A stretch of 64,000 bases of DNA from an uncultured Methanomassiliicoccales archaeon (GTDB lineage: Archaea > Thermoplasmatota > Thermoplasmata > RBG-16-68-12 > JAJISG01), in assembly GCA_964348155.1 (NCBI GenBank), contig CAYGBN010000001.1:10699-74698 (forward strand). The letters run 5' to 3'. Position numbers and translations under genes: made by a program. The notes under the pieces were generated by a model that made no database searches, was not told the DNA's origin, and saw only the letters and a program-made list of their open reading frames with translations. Below, piece after piece: positions 1-11,122 of this stretch (positions within the stretch are counted from its first letter, which is position 1; each line of letters starts with the position of its first letter).

Positions 1-974
1 GCTCGCTGGTGGCCGCCGGCTTCCGGGAGGTGGTCGTCGCCACGAGCTACATGTCGGACCGGGTGATGAAGCGCATCGGGGACGGGCTGGAGTACGACGC
101 CTCCATCCTCTACTCCTTCGAGGCGACCCCCGCGGGGACGGCGGGGGCCGTGAAGCGGGTGGCGGACTTCATCGAGGACACCTTCGTGGTGGCCAGCGGC
201 GACGTGCTCGCTGATGTGGATGTGCGCCAGCTCTACGAGCGCCACAAGGAGACGGGGGCGACGGCCACGCTGGCGTTGACCCGCGTGGAAAACCCGACGG
301 AGTTTGGGATTGTGGAGCTGGACGAGGATCGGCGCATCGTGCGCTTCCAGGAGAAGCCGGAGGCCAAGGAAGTCTTCACGGATTTGGTGAACGCGGGGAT
401 CTACGTCCTGGAGCCGCAGGTCCTGGATCACATCCCCGAGCGGGAGACGTTTGACTTCTCGAAGGACGTGTTCCCTCTGCTGCTGGAGAAGGGAGTGCCC
501 CTCTACGGCGTAGAGATCAGCGGCCTGTGGATGGACATCGGACGCCCTCGGGACCTGTGGCGCGCGAGCATGGAGGTCGTCCGACGACGCGGGGAGGAGG
601 TCTCCGTGGCGGGGGCCGAGGTCGCCGGACCCGTGATTCTCTCGCCCGAGGCCGTGGTGGAGGAGGGCGTGACCATCGAAGGGCCCAGCTACGTGGGCGG
701 GGGGTCCACCCTTAGCCGCGGGGCGACCCTCCTCCAGTCCTGCGTGTACGACGACGTCTTCGTGGACCGGGATGCCGCCGTGGAGGCGTCCATCGTCATG
801 GAGGGGAGCCGCATCGGCTGGCGTAGCGTGGTGCGGGACAGCGTTGTTTCCGCCCACTGCACCGTGGAGGAGGACGTGCGCCTCATCTCCAGCACCATCG
901 GGGAGGAGATGGTCATTCGCCCCCACTCGCGGCTGGAGGGCGCCCACGTGGCCCCGCCCACCGACCCGGGCTAA
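1..974 (+). CDS. sugar-phosphate nucleotidyltransferase with C-terminal left-handed beta-helix (GlmU/ManC-like); 5' end cut by window edge
   Basis: The translation lacks the N-terminal GxGxR motif, so the gene runs off the window. The central part, GIVELDEDRRIVRFQEKPE...NAGIYVLEP, matches an NTP-transferase domain. The C-terminus has hexapeptide repeats (GPVILSPEAVVEEGVTIEG...). The gene stops at 974. Confidence 0.7.
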   Translation, partial: SLVAAGFREVVVATSYMSDRVMKRIGDGLEYDASILYSFEATPAGTAGAVKRVADFIEDTFVVASGDVLADVDVRQLYERHKETGATATLALTRVENPTEFGIVELDEDRRIVRFQEKPEAKEVFTDLVNAGIYVLEPQVLDHIPERETFDFSKDVFPLLLEKGVPLYGVEISGLWMDIGRPRDLWRASMEVVRRRGEEVSVAGAEVAGPVILSPEAVVEEGVTIEGPSYVGGGSTLSRGATLLQSCVYDDVFVDRDAAVEASIVMEGSRIGWRSVVRDSVVSAHCTVEEDVRLISSTIGEEMVIRPHSRLEGAHVAPPTDPG

Positions 975-2251
975 GGATGGGAGGCGACGACCCGCCCCTC
1001 CTTCACCACGACCTGCACCGGGTTCGACGCGACGCGGTAGGGGATCTCTCGGTAATCCCTGAGCCCCAGGACGAGCAGGTCCCCCTTCTTGCCGACCTCC
1101 AAGGAGCCCACGTCCTGGGCCGCCCCCACGGCCCACGCCGCGTTGAGGGTGGCGGCCGTGATGGCCTCCTCCGGCTGCAGGCGGAGGCGGTAGCACGCCA
1201 GGCTTACGATGAAGGGCATGGACTCGATCCACCCATTAGGTGAGAGGTCGGTCCCCAAGGCCACCGGGAGGCCCGCGTCGATCACGCCCCTCGCGTCCGC
1301 GTAGGGGAGCCCCAGGGTCGCGAAGGAGGTCCCGGGAAGAAGCACCCCCACGACGCCCCGGGCCGCCATGGCCCTCAACCCTGCCGGCGAGGCGTGGAGG
1401 AGGTGGTCCGCCGAGGCGGCTTCCACGTCGGCCGCCAGCTCGGCCCCCCCGCATCCCGTCAGCTCGTCGGCATGGACCTTCGGGATCAGCCCGCGGCGGC
1501 GCCCGTCCTGGAGGATGCGGCGCCCCTGGGCCGCCGTAAAGAAGCCCTCCTCCACGAAGACATCGCAGAACCGGGCGATGCCCTGGGAGGCCACGGCGGG
1601 GAGCATGTCGCCGACGACGTGCTCGACGTACCCTTCCGTGTCCCCCTCCCACTCCGAGGGGGTGGCGTGGGCGCCCAGGAAGGTGGGCACCATGTCCACG
1701 GGAAGGTCCTCCGCCAGGGCCGCGATGGCCCGCAGCATGCGCAGCTCCCCCTCCCGGTCCAGGGCGTACCCCGACTTCACCTCCACCGTGGTGGTCCCCG
1801 ACCGCACCATCCTCTGCAGACGCCCTGCGGTCTCACCCCGGAGCGCCTCGTCGGACGCCTCCCGCGTCGCCTGGACCGTGCGACGGATGCCGCCGCCCTC
1901 GGCTGCGATTTGGGCGTAGGACTTCCCCGCCAACTTGTCCGCAAGCTCCCCGGCGCGCGAGCCCACGAAGGCGGCGTGCGTGTGGGGGTCCACAAACCCC
2001 GGCATGACCACGTGGCCGCGTGCATCCAGGACCTCAGCGTCGCCGGCCTCCGGGACGACGTCCTCCGAAGGGCCCACGGCGACAATCCGCCCCCCCTCCA
2101 CCAGGACCGCGCCGGAGGGAAGCAGGCCCAGGTCTCCCATCGCCTCTGCCGTGCGGGGGCCGGGTGGGCCGTCGAGCGTAAGGAGCTGGCCGGCGTTGAC
2201 CACCAGGAGGTCGCCGCCCCGTGGGGGCCCCCCCTCAAACGGACGGTTCAA
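971..2251 (-). CDS. hutI: imidazolonepropionase (amidohydrolase superfamily)
   Basis: A 426-aa ORF carries the metal-binding HxH motif (GFVDPHTH). The block KVHADELTGCGGAELAADVEAASADHLLHAS matches the HutI signature HADE...GGAEL...SADHL. It overlaps the mvk stop by 17 nt. Confidence 0.75.
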   Translation of the reverse strand: MNRPFEGGPPRGGDLLVVNAGQLLTLDGPPGPRTAEAMGDLGLLPSGAVLVEGGRIVAVGPSEDVVPEAGDAEVLDARGHVVMPGFVDPHTHAAFVGSRAGELADKLAGKSYAQIAAEGGGIRRTVQATREASDEALRGETAGRLQRMVRSGTTTVEVKSGYALDREGELRMLRAIAALAEDLPVDMVPTFLGAHATPSEWEGDTEGYVEHVVGDMLPAVASQGIARFCDVFVEEGFFTAAQGRRILQDGRRRGLIPKVHADELTGCGGAELAADVEAASADHLLHASPAGLRAMAARGVVGVLLPGTSFATLGLPYADARGVIDAGLPVALGTDLSPNGWIESMPFIVSLACYRLRLQPEEAITAATLNAAWAVGAAQDVGSLEVGKKGDLLVLGLRDYREIPYRVASNPVQVVVKEGRVVASHP

Positions 2252-3167
2252 GGGCCACCCCTTCCGGATCCGTGGTCACGACGAAGGCCTCCCCCCCGCG
2301 GGCCTCGATGGCCTTCTTCACGAGGCGAGGTTCCTCCGTCAAGGCGATCATGCTGCCCCCTCCCCCCGCCCCCGTGAGCTTCGCGCCGAAGGCGTGGGGG
2401 AGGCTCGCCTCCACATAGGCGTCCAGCAGCGGGTGTCCCACGCCCAAAGCGTTGAGGAGCGCGTGGTTCTCTGCCATGAGGGCACCCGTCGTCGCGAGGT
2501 CACCCGCGGCCAGGGTCCGCTGCCCTTCCAAGGAGATCTCCCCGATGCGCCGGACGGCCTCCCGGGCCTCCGCCTTCCGCTCGCAGAGGCGTCGAACCCC
2601 CTCCACCAGGGGGCCCGTGGCGGCCTGGATGCCCGTGCTCCCCACCACGAGGGTCATCCTCGGGAGGTCGCATCGGTGCAGAAACCAGCGGCTCTCCCCC
2701 TTCTCGATGCGCCACAAAAAGCCTTCGCCTCGCTCCCGCAGGAGGAGGACCCCTCCCCCTTGGGTGGCGGTGGTCGTGTCGATGGGGCTCGCTCGTCCCT
2801 GGACCTCGTATTCGACCTCGAACGCCTGGTGCGCCAGGAGCGCGCGATCCAGCTCACCCCGCAGCCCCTGGAGGCAGGCCAGCAGGCTTGTCGTCACGGC
2901 GGCGGAGGACCCCATGCCCGAGGCCCGAGGGAGGTTGGACTCCACCGTGAGGGCCAGGGGAGCGGGGGCTGCGCCGCGCTGGAGGGCCGCGACGAGGTAC
3001 GGGTGGCTCTCCGTGGTGAGGGGCGCGCCGTTCACGTCGTTTCGTCTTGCCGGGGCCACCTCCACCCTAGTGCGAAGGTTGATGGCCATTGAGAGGGCCG
3101 GCTCGCCGAAGACCACGGCGTGCTCGCCGAAGAGAATGAGCTTTCCGGGAGCGGAGGCGGCGACCAA
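2235..3167 (-). CDS. mvk: mevalonate kinase (GHMP kinase)
   Basis: The N-terminus PGKLILFGEHAVVFGEP is the mevalonate kinase motif. GHMP motifs PRASGMGSSAA and KLTGAGGGGSMIAL are also present. Length is 310 aa. Confidence 0.85.
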   Translation of the reverse strand: MVAASAPGKLILFGEHAVVFGEPALSMAINLRTRVEVAPARRNDVNGAPLTTESHPYLVAALQRGAAPAPLALTVESNLPRASGMGSSAAVTTSLLACLQGLRGELDRALLAHQAFEVEYEVQGRASPIDTTTATQGGGVLLLRERGEGFLWRIEKGESRWFLHRCDLPRMTLVVGSTGIQAATGPLVEGVRRLCERKAEAREAVRRIGEISLEGQRTLAAGDLATTGALMAENHALLNALGVGHPLLDAYVEASLPHAFGAKLTGAGGGGSMIALTEEPRLVKKAIEARGGEAFVVTTDPEGVALEPSV

Positions 3168-3201
3168 CGGGTCGCCAATTCCGCCACGCGCTTAACGATT
3201 T

Positions 3202-3483
3202 CTAACCGCGCGCCTCGAAGTCGGCGGCCTTCTCCTCGTAGCGGCGGGCCTTGCCCTCCATCGCCTCCGCCTTAGCCCGGAGCTTCTTGGCTTGGGCCAC
3301 GAGCTTTGCCGCCTTCGCACGGAGCTTGGTCGCCTTCTCAAGGTACGTGGCCCGCTTCTTGGCGAGCTTCGCCTCCTCCAGGGGGCTCAGCTCCTCCCCG
3401 GAGATGTCCGGCGCATCCGCGGCCGGCTCGGGCCTCTGGTACGGGGACTCGTAGAAGGCTTCCTCACGCTCCTCGTCCATCAT
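3202..3483 (-). CDS. hypothetical Lys/Ala-rich coiled-coil protein
   Basis: The internal Met (MMDEEREEAFYESPYQ...) sits 27 nt downstream of a consensus TATA, so I chose it as the start. The C-terminus (EEAKLAKKRATYLEKATKLRAKAAKLVAQAKKLRAKAEAMEGKARRYEEKAADFEARG) looks like a coiled coil. The longer 161-aa ORF start has an Arg/Pro-rich spurious-looking N-terminus. Confidence 0.35.
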   Translation of the reverse strand: MMDEEREEAFYESPYQRPEPAADAPDISGEELSPLEEAKLAKKRATYLEKATKLRAKAAKLVAQAKKLRAKAEAMEGKARRYEEKAADFEARG

Positions 3484-3505
3484 GAACGCACGCTCCGTCA
3501 GTGCG

Positions 3506-3513
3506 TATATAAA
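3506..3513 (-). promoter_or_regulatory. archaeal TATA box (TTTATATA on minus strand)
   Basis: The minus strand reads exactly TTTATATA. Its centre lies about 27 nt upstream of ATG 3483, which fits a leaderless transcript. Confidence 0.45.
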
Positions 3514-3599
3514 GCCTTGGAGAGCGCTATCAGGCGTGAGACCGAGAGGAGACCCGTCCACGCCAGGGTTTTTAGTTCGCTCCCCCCTTCTCCGGGGGC

Positions 3600-4643
3600 G
3601 TGAAGGTCCTCCTGCTGCCCTTCCCAAGCGCCTCGTCCCAGGGGGACGCCTCCCGGGATGCGGTGGAGCTGGTGATGTCCTCGGCACGGAGAGCGGGGCT
3701 GGAGGTAGACGTGCTGGGGCCGGGAGTCCCTGCCATGGAGGCCGACATGCTGGCGGTCCTGGGCAGCGACCGAGATGTCCTTCAGGCCTTCCAGGAGCAG
3801 GGGGACGCGGGCGTGCCGATTCTGGGGATCAGCGACGCCACGGGCTCCGCCTTTCTGACGGATGCCCCGATGAACGGCCTCCGTGACGCGCTCCGGCGCG
3901 TGGCGCAGGGAAAGTACCGCCTAGAGACGTGCAATCGCCTGGCGGTGCGGGTGGACGACCTGGTCCTCCCCTCGGCCCTCAACGAGGTGGCCATCTTCCC
4001 CGCCCGCTCGGCGGTCCTCATGGAGCACCGCCTGGCCATCGACGGTGAGGAGGTGTACCGGGACTACAGCGACGGCCTCATCCTCGCCACGCCCACCGGC
4101 TCCTCCGCCTACGCCATGTCCGCCGGGGGGCCCCTCATCTTCCCGCAGTCTCGCGTGTTCGTCCTGGTCTCCGTCAACTCCATGGACGTCTCCCGGCGCC
4201 CCCTGGTGGTCCCGGATACGGCCCACATCGAGGTCTCGGAGATCACCGCCAAGTCCCGGTGCGAGGTGGTCATCGACGGCCTCCACCGTCAAGAGGTGAA
4301 GGAGACGGTGGCCGTCCAGGCGGGACGCCCGGGGAGCCTCGTGCGCATCGACGGGGGGTCCCCTCTCCGCATGGAGGCCATCCGGCGCATCCGATCCACG
4401 GAGGAGATCATGAAGATGCCCCCCAGTGCGAAGCTCGTCCTGAAGACCATCGAGTACGAGGGGCCGTTGACGGCCAAGGAGGTGGCCGCCAAGACCCTCC
4501 TCCCGCCGCGCACGGTCCGCCACGCCGTCTCCATCCTCCTCCAGAATGGCCTCATCGGGCGCTCCCCCCACCTCCGCGACCTGCGGTCGGACGTCCTCTA
4601 CATCCTCTCGGAAGAGGCGCAGGAAGCGACGGAGGAGCGCTAG
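3600..4643 (+). CDS. nadK: NAD(+) kinase fused to a C-terminal winged-helix DNA-binding domain
   Basis: NAD kinase motifs NEVAIF and DGLILATPTGSSAYAMSAGGP are present. The usual GGDG motif reads GSDRD (Asp retained). The C-terminal ~90 aa (KLVLKTIEYEGPLTAKEVAAKTLLPPRTVRHAVSILLQNGLIG) has a MarR/TrmB-like winged-helix pattern. The gene starts with GTG. Confidence 0.8.
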   Translation: MKVLLLPFPSASSQGDASRDAVELVMSSARRAGLEVDVLGPGVPAMEADMLAVLGSDRDVLQAFQEQGDAGVPILGISDATGSAFLTDAPMNGLRDALRRVAQGKYRLETCNRLAVRVDDLVLPSALNEVAIFPARSAVLMEHRLAIDGEEVYRDYSDGLILATPTGSSAYAMSAGGPLIFPQSRVFVLVSVNSMDVSRRPLVVPDTAHIEVSEITAKSRCEVVIDGLHRQEVKETVAVQAGRPGSLVRIDGGSPLRMEAIRRIRSTEEIMKMPPSAKLVLKTIEYEGPLTAKEVAAKTLLPPRTVRHAVSILLQNGLIGRSPHLRDLRSDVLYILSEEAQEATEER

Positions 4644-4739
4644 GACGCCGGCAAGGCTTGCCGTTATCGCCTCCCATCCCCTCCACCTTGCCCCCACCAT
4701 CACGTATATCTCGGGGGGGGCCGTGGAAGCGGCACGGCC

Positions 4740-6104
4740 ATGGCTACCGAGGAAGCGGGACCCCGGCGCGTGGAGGAGGTCCTACGAGCAGGGGGCTTCA
4801 CGCCCTTCCACCGCCGCGTCGTCTTCCTGACAGGTTTTGCGTGGACCTTCGTGGCGTTCGAGATCATCCTCATCAGCCTGGTCCTCCCTGCCATCGGTGC
4901 GGAGTTTGGCATCTTCGACCTGGCGTCGTTCACCCCGACTGCCGCGTTGCAGTACGGCGCGGTGGTCTCTGCCACCCTCGCCGGCTCCTTCCTGGGGAGC
5001 CTCGGCCTGGGGCGGCTGGCGGATCGACGCGGACGGCGAACGCTCTTCCAGGCATCCATCATCATCTACTCCGTCTTCACGGCATTGACGGCCCTCTCCT
5101 TCAACACCGCCAGCCTCTTCCTGCTGCGGTTCCTGGCGGGCCTGGGCCTGGGCGGGATGCTCGTCATCGACCCCTCCGTCCTCTCGGAGTACCTCCCCCC
5201 ACAGAACCGGGGACGCTTCCTCGTGTTCCTGGACTTCTTCTGGCCCGGCGGCTTCCTCCTCGCCATCGGCTTCTGGTACCTCTTCATCATCCAGCTGGGG
5301 GGCATGTGGCGTCTCCTCTTCCTCGTGGCCGCCTTCCCCGCCTTCCTGGCGTACCTCTTCCGCAGGACGGTGCCGGAGAGCCCGTACTTCCTGGCCCGAC
5401 AGGGACGCCTCGGGGAGGCGGCGACCGTGCTCTCCCGGGTAACGGGCGAGGAGGCGACGGCGACGGACCTGCAGGCGGAGCCCGCCGTGTCCCGGGCGCC
5501 CTTCGCGGCCCTCTTTCGCGGCCGCCTGCTGCGTCGCAGCACCGTGGTCGTCGGCGTGTGGATTGCCCTCAACTTCAGCTACTACGGGCTCTTCTTGTGG
5601 CTCCCTCCAGCCCTGGCGCAGTTTGGCGTGGCCAACTTCCTGGATCCGAACGTCCTGGGCCTCTTCCTCGTGGCCTCCGCCCTGGCGCAATTCCCCGGGT
5701 ACGGCGCCTCGGCGTACCTGGTGGAGCGATGGGGCCGCCAGCGCACCCTCACCCTCTTCCTCATCCTGGGAGGGATCAGCGGCTACGCGTTCGCTACGGC
5801 CCGGGATTTCTGGACTCTCGTCCTGGGCCTCGTGTTTGTGAGCTTCTTCAACCTGGGGGCCTGGGGGGCCGTGTATCCCTACACGGCGGAGCTCTTCCCC
5901 ACCCAGTACCGTGCCACCGGATTCGGGCTGGCGGAAGGGGTGGGGAAGATCACGGCCATCCTGGCCCCTCTGGCCTTCGCCTCCCTCCTCACCTCCACGG
6001 GAGGCGTCGTATGGCCCCTCACCTCCATCGCCCTCCTCATGGTGTTCGGCGGCCTGGTCTCGGGCCTCCTCGGACCGGAGACGAAAGGGGAGCCCCTGGA
6101 GTAG
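4740..6104 (+). CDS. major facilitator superfamily transporter
   Basis: The 454-aa translation has about 12 hydrophobic helices. It carries the MFS loop motif GRLADRRGRRTLF. Confidence 0.8.
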   Translation: MATEEAGPRRVEEVLRAGGFTPFHRRVVFLTGFAWTFVAFEIILISLVLPAIGAEFGIFDLASFTPTAALQYGAVVSATLAGSFLGSLGLGRLADRRGRRTLFQASIIIYSVFTALTALSFNTASLFLLRFLAGLGLGGMLVIDPSVLSEYLPPQNRGRFLVFLDFFWPGGFLLAIGFWYLFIIQLGGMWRLLFLVAAFPAFLAYLFRRTVPESPYFLARQGRLGEAATVLSRVTGEEATATDLQAEPAVSRAPFAALFRGRLLRRSTVVVGVWIALNFSYYGLFLWLPPALAQFGVANFLDPNVLGLFLVASALAQFPGYGASAYLVERWGRQRTLTLFLILGGISGYAFATARDFWTLVLGLVFVSFFNLGAWGAVYPYTAELFPTQYRATGFGLAEGVGKITAILAPLAFASLLTSTGGVVWPLTSIALLMVFGGLVSGLLGPETKGEPLE

Positions 6105-6152
6105 GGGCCAAACCCTTAACCTCCTGACGCCATCGTTCCTCCGGGTCGTAGC

Positions 6153-7181
6153 GTGAAGGCCGTCGCCCTGTACGAGCACGGAGGGCCCGAGGTCCTCACC
6201 TACGGGGATCTCCCCGACCCGTCCGTTGGCCCGGGGGACGTTCTGATCCGGCTAAAGGCGGCCGCCCTCAACCGCATGGACCTCTTTGCGCGGGAGGGGT
6301 GGAAGGGCCTGAAGCTTGACTTCCCGCACATCCTGGGGGCGGACGGCGCCGGCCTGGTGGAGGAGGTGGGGGCGGAGGTGGGGGACCTCCGCCCAGGGGA
6401 CGCCGTGGTCGTGAACCCCGGGTTGAACTGCGGGACCTGCGCCTTCTGCCTGCGGGGGGAGGACAGCCTGTGCGAGCGCTACGGCATCCTAGGGGAGCAC
6501 CGGGACGGGACCTACGCGGAGCTTCTCAGCCTGCCCGAGCGGAACGTGCTCCCCCTGCCGAAAGGTCTCCTGTTCGAGGAGGCCGCTGCCGTCCCCCTCG
6601 TCTTCATGACGGCCTGGCGGATGCTAGTGGAGCGCGCCCGCGTGCAGGAGGGGGAGGAGGTCCTGGTCCTGGGTGCAGGGGGCGGCGTCGCCAGCGCGGT
6701 CGTCCAGATCGCGAAGCTCCGCGGGGCCACGGTGTACGCCACCTCCAGCACGGAGGAGAAGCTCCGGAAGGCCCGGGAGATCGGGGCCGACCACGTCTTC
6801 AATTACCTGAAGGTGGCCTTCGGCAAGGCCGTGTGGGAGGCCACGGGGAAGCGCGGGGTGGACGTCGTGGTGGACTGCGTGGGGGAGGCCACCTGGCCGG
6901 ACAGCGTCCGCGCCCTGGCGAAGAACGGCCGCCTGGTGACCTGCGGGGCCACCACGGGGCCCCGGGGGGAGACCGACCTCCGCTACATCTTCTGGCGGCA
7001 GCTGCAGATCCTTGGCTCCACCATGGGGACGCGGGAGGGGCTGGTCCAGGTCCTGAAGCACGTGGAGGAGGGGACGCTACGTCCCCTGGTCCATGCCGTG
7101 TTCCCCCTAGCGGAGGCCCGGAAGGCCCATCGGACCCTCGAGGACGGCGTTCAGTTTGGGAAGCTCGTGCTCCGTCCCTAG
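6153..7181 (+). CDS. zinc-binding alcohol dehydrogenase / quinone oxidoreductase (MDR family)
   Basis: MKAVALYEHGGPEVL... resembles MDR-family N-termini. A structural-zinc CGTCAFC motif and a Rossmann segment VLVLGAGGGVASAVVQIAK are present. Confidence 0.8.
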   Translation: MKAVALYEHGGPEVLTYGDLPDPSVGPGDVLIRLKAAALNRMDLFAREGWKGLKLDFPHILGADGAGLVEEVGAEVGDLRPGDAVVVNPGLNCGTCAFCLRGEDSLCERYGILGEHRDGTYAELLSLPERNVLPLPKGLLFEEAAAVPLVFMTAWRMLVERARVQEGEEVLVLGAGGGVASAVVQIAKLRGATVYATSSTEEKLRKAREIGADHVFNYLKVAFGKAVWEATGKRGVDVVVDCVGEATWPDSVRALAKNGRLVTCGATTGPRGETDLRYIFWRQLQILGSTMGTREGLVQVLKHVEEGTLRPLVHAVFPLAEARKAHRTLEDGVQFGKLVLRP

Positions 7182-7697
7182 CTAGCCGATGCGGACCTTC
7201 TTCCCGCCCTCGCCGGGCTTCTTCTTGAGGGTGATGTCCAGGACGCCGTTCCGGAAGGTGGCCTGCACGGAGTCCGGGTCCACAGGGGAGGGGAGGTCCA
7301 TCTCCTTGTAGTACCGGCGGTCCGGGTTGTCCACGGAGATCGTGAGCTCCCGAGGCGTGGCGCGAAGCTCGATCTGGTCCTTCTCCACTCCCGGGAGTTC
7401 CACCGTCACGGAGAGGGAATCCCCGCGCTCGATGACGTCCGTCAGGGGCTCCCTTCGTGACTCCGAGGTCCACGGTTGAAGTGCCTCCGTATCGCCAAAC
7501 TGGCGGAACTCGGGCTTCCCGTCGGGCCCCACGCGGAACGAGTAACCCCATACGAAGGGCTTCCCCGTCTCCAGGTCCTCCAGGGAACCCGAGAAGACCT
7601 TCTCCATCCTCCGTCGCATGTCCTCAAAGAGCTCGTCAAAGTGGCCAAAGAGGTCGTCCTCGCCAAAGGGCCAGCCTCGTCTCTTCTTGTCTCCCAT
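7182..7697 (-). CDS. Hsp20/alpha-crystallin small heat-shock protein
   Basis: The 171-aa protein has an alpha-crystallin domain (DRGDSLSVTVELPGVEKDQIEL...FRNGVLDITLKKK). Its start is 1 nt downstream of the cdc48 stop on the same strand. Confidence 0.85.
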   Translation of the reverse strand: MGDKKRRGWPFGEDDLFGHFDELFEDMRRRMEKVFSGSLEDLETGKPFVWGYSFRVGPDGKPEFRQFGDTEALQPWTSESRREPLTDVIERGDSLSVTVELPGVEKDQIELRATPRELTISVDNPDRRYYKEMDLPSPVDPDSVQATFRNGVLDITLKKKPGEGGKKVRIG

Positions 7698-7698
7698 C

Positions 7699-9912
<2,214 letters not shown>

Positions 9913-9925
9913 CTATGTTAGAGCT

Positions 9926-9935
9926 TCTATATAAG
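9926..9935 (-). promoter_or_regulatory. TATA-like element (CTTATATAGA on minus strand) upstream of cdc48
   Basis: It lies about 49 nt upstream of ATG 9882. Confidence 0.35.
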
Positions 9936-10014
9936 CGTAACTACCTCACAGGCTGCCATCGGCCCCCTCCCCGCACCCCCCTCTTGATATAGCCTAGCCA
10001 CCTAGCCGCGTGCG

Positions 10015-11037
10015 TTGAAGGCCGTCTCACTTGCAGGGGCCGGCGACGCCCGGGTGGAGGAGGTCCCGCGCCCCACCGTGGGTCCGGGCGAACTCCTGGT
10101 GGAGATGAGGGCCTGCGGGCTTTGCGGCTCGGACCTGGAAAAGATCCAGGGCGAGTACACCGCCGCGCCGCCCATCCTGGGACACGAGGCGGTGGGGGTT
10201 GTCGCCGAGGTGGGCGAGGCTGCCGCGGGCTTCGGCGTGGGAGAGCGGGTGTTCCCCCACCACCACGTCCCTTGCTACGACTGCCACTACTGCCGCCGGG
10301 GGAGCGAGACCATGTGCGCCCAGTACCGCCGGTGGCACCTGGACCCCGGTGGGTTCGCCGAGTTCTTCCGGGTGCCCCGTTGGAACGTGGAGCACGGCGG
10401 CGTGCTCCCCCTCCCCGATGGCATGTCCTTCGAGGAGGGCACCTTCATCGAACCTCTGGCCTGTTGCGTTCGCGCCCTGGACCGTCTGGGCGTGGAGGTA
10501 GGTGACGTCGTCCTCGTGGCGGGGGCGGGCCCCATGGGCCTCCTCCTTCTGCAGCTCCTGCTGCTCCGAGAGGCCGCGCGGGTGGTGGTGAGCGAGGTGA
10601 GCCCCCCGCGACTCCACGTCGCCGACCGCCTGGGCGCGCACGCCCTCCTCAACCCCGGGGAGGTGGACGTCGTGCGGGAGGTCCTTCGCCTGACGGAAGG
10701 GCGCGGGGCCGACGCGGCGGTCGTGGCCACGGGCAGCCCGCGGGCGCTGGATCAGGCCGTTGCGGCGGTCCGGCGTGGCGGCAAGGTGGGGCTGGTGGGG
10801 ATCCCGGAGGCGGGCGTCCCGTTGGCCGACGTGAGCCGACTCGTCACCCGCGAGGTCTCCCTCGTCAGCAGCAACGCCGCCACCGAGAGGGAGACGCGCC
10901 ATGCCCTGAAGCTCGTCGAGGAGGAGCGGGTGGACGTCGCCTCTTTGGTGACGCACAAGGTTCCCCTGGCGGAGTTCCCACGGGCGGTGAAGCTGGCCCA
11001 AACCGCCGAGGCGGTGAAGGTCCTCCTCGTTCCCTAA
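10015..11037 (+). CDS. zinc-dependent alcohol/threonine/sorbitol dehydrogenase family protein
   Basis: Catalytic-zinc motifs CGLCGSDL and GHEAVGVV are present. A structural-zinc Cys cluster CYDCHYCRRGSETMC is present. Rossmann segment VLVAGAGPMG. A TTG start is used by the track. Confidence 0.8.
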   Translation: MKAVSLAGAGDARVEEVPRPTVGPGELLVEMRACGLCGSDLEKIQGEYTAAPPILGHEAVGVVAEVGEAAAGFGVGERVFPHHHVPCYDCHYCRRGSETMCAQYRRWHLDPGGFAEFFRVPRWNVEHGGVLPLPDGMSFEEGTFIEPLACCVRALDRLGVEVGDVVLVAGAGPMGLLLLQLLLLREAARVVVSEVSPPRLHVADRLGAHALLNPGEVDVVREVLRLTEGRGADAAVVATGSPRALDQAVAAVRRGGKVGLVGIPEAGVPLADVSRLVTREVSLVSSNAATERETRHALKLVEEERVDVASLVTHKVPLAEFPRAVKLAQTAEAVKVLLVP

Positions 11038-11122
11038 GCGCCGATAGGTTGATTACTGCCTCCGCGGTTGCGGGGGCCGCGAGGGACCCGCCTGGGTCTC
11101 GCCCCTGCATGGGAGGGAGAAC

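Noticed and set aside
4259-6127. 622-aa plus-strand ORF overlapping the MFS transporter
   Set aside because: It is an off-frame ORF with more than 25% Pro/Gly/Arg. The MFS frame has coherent TM helices and the canonical loop motif.
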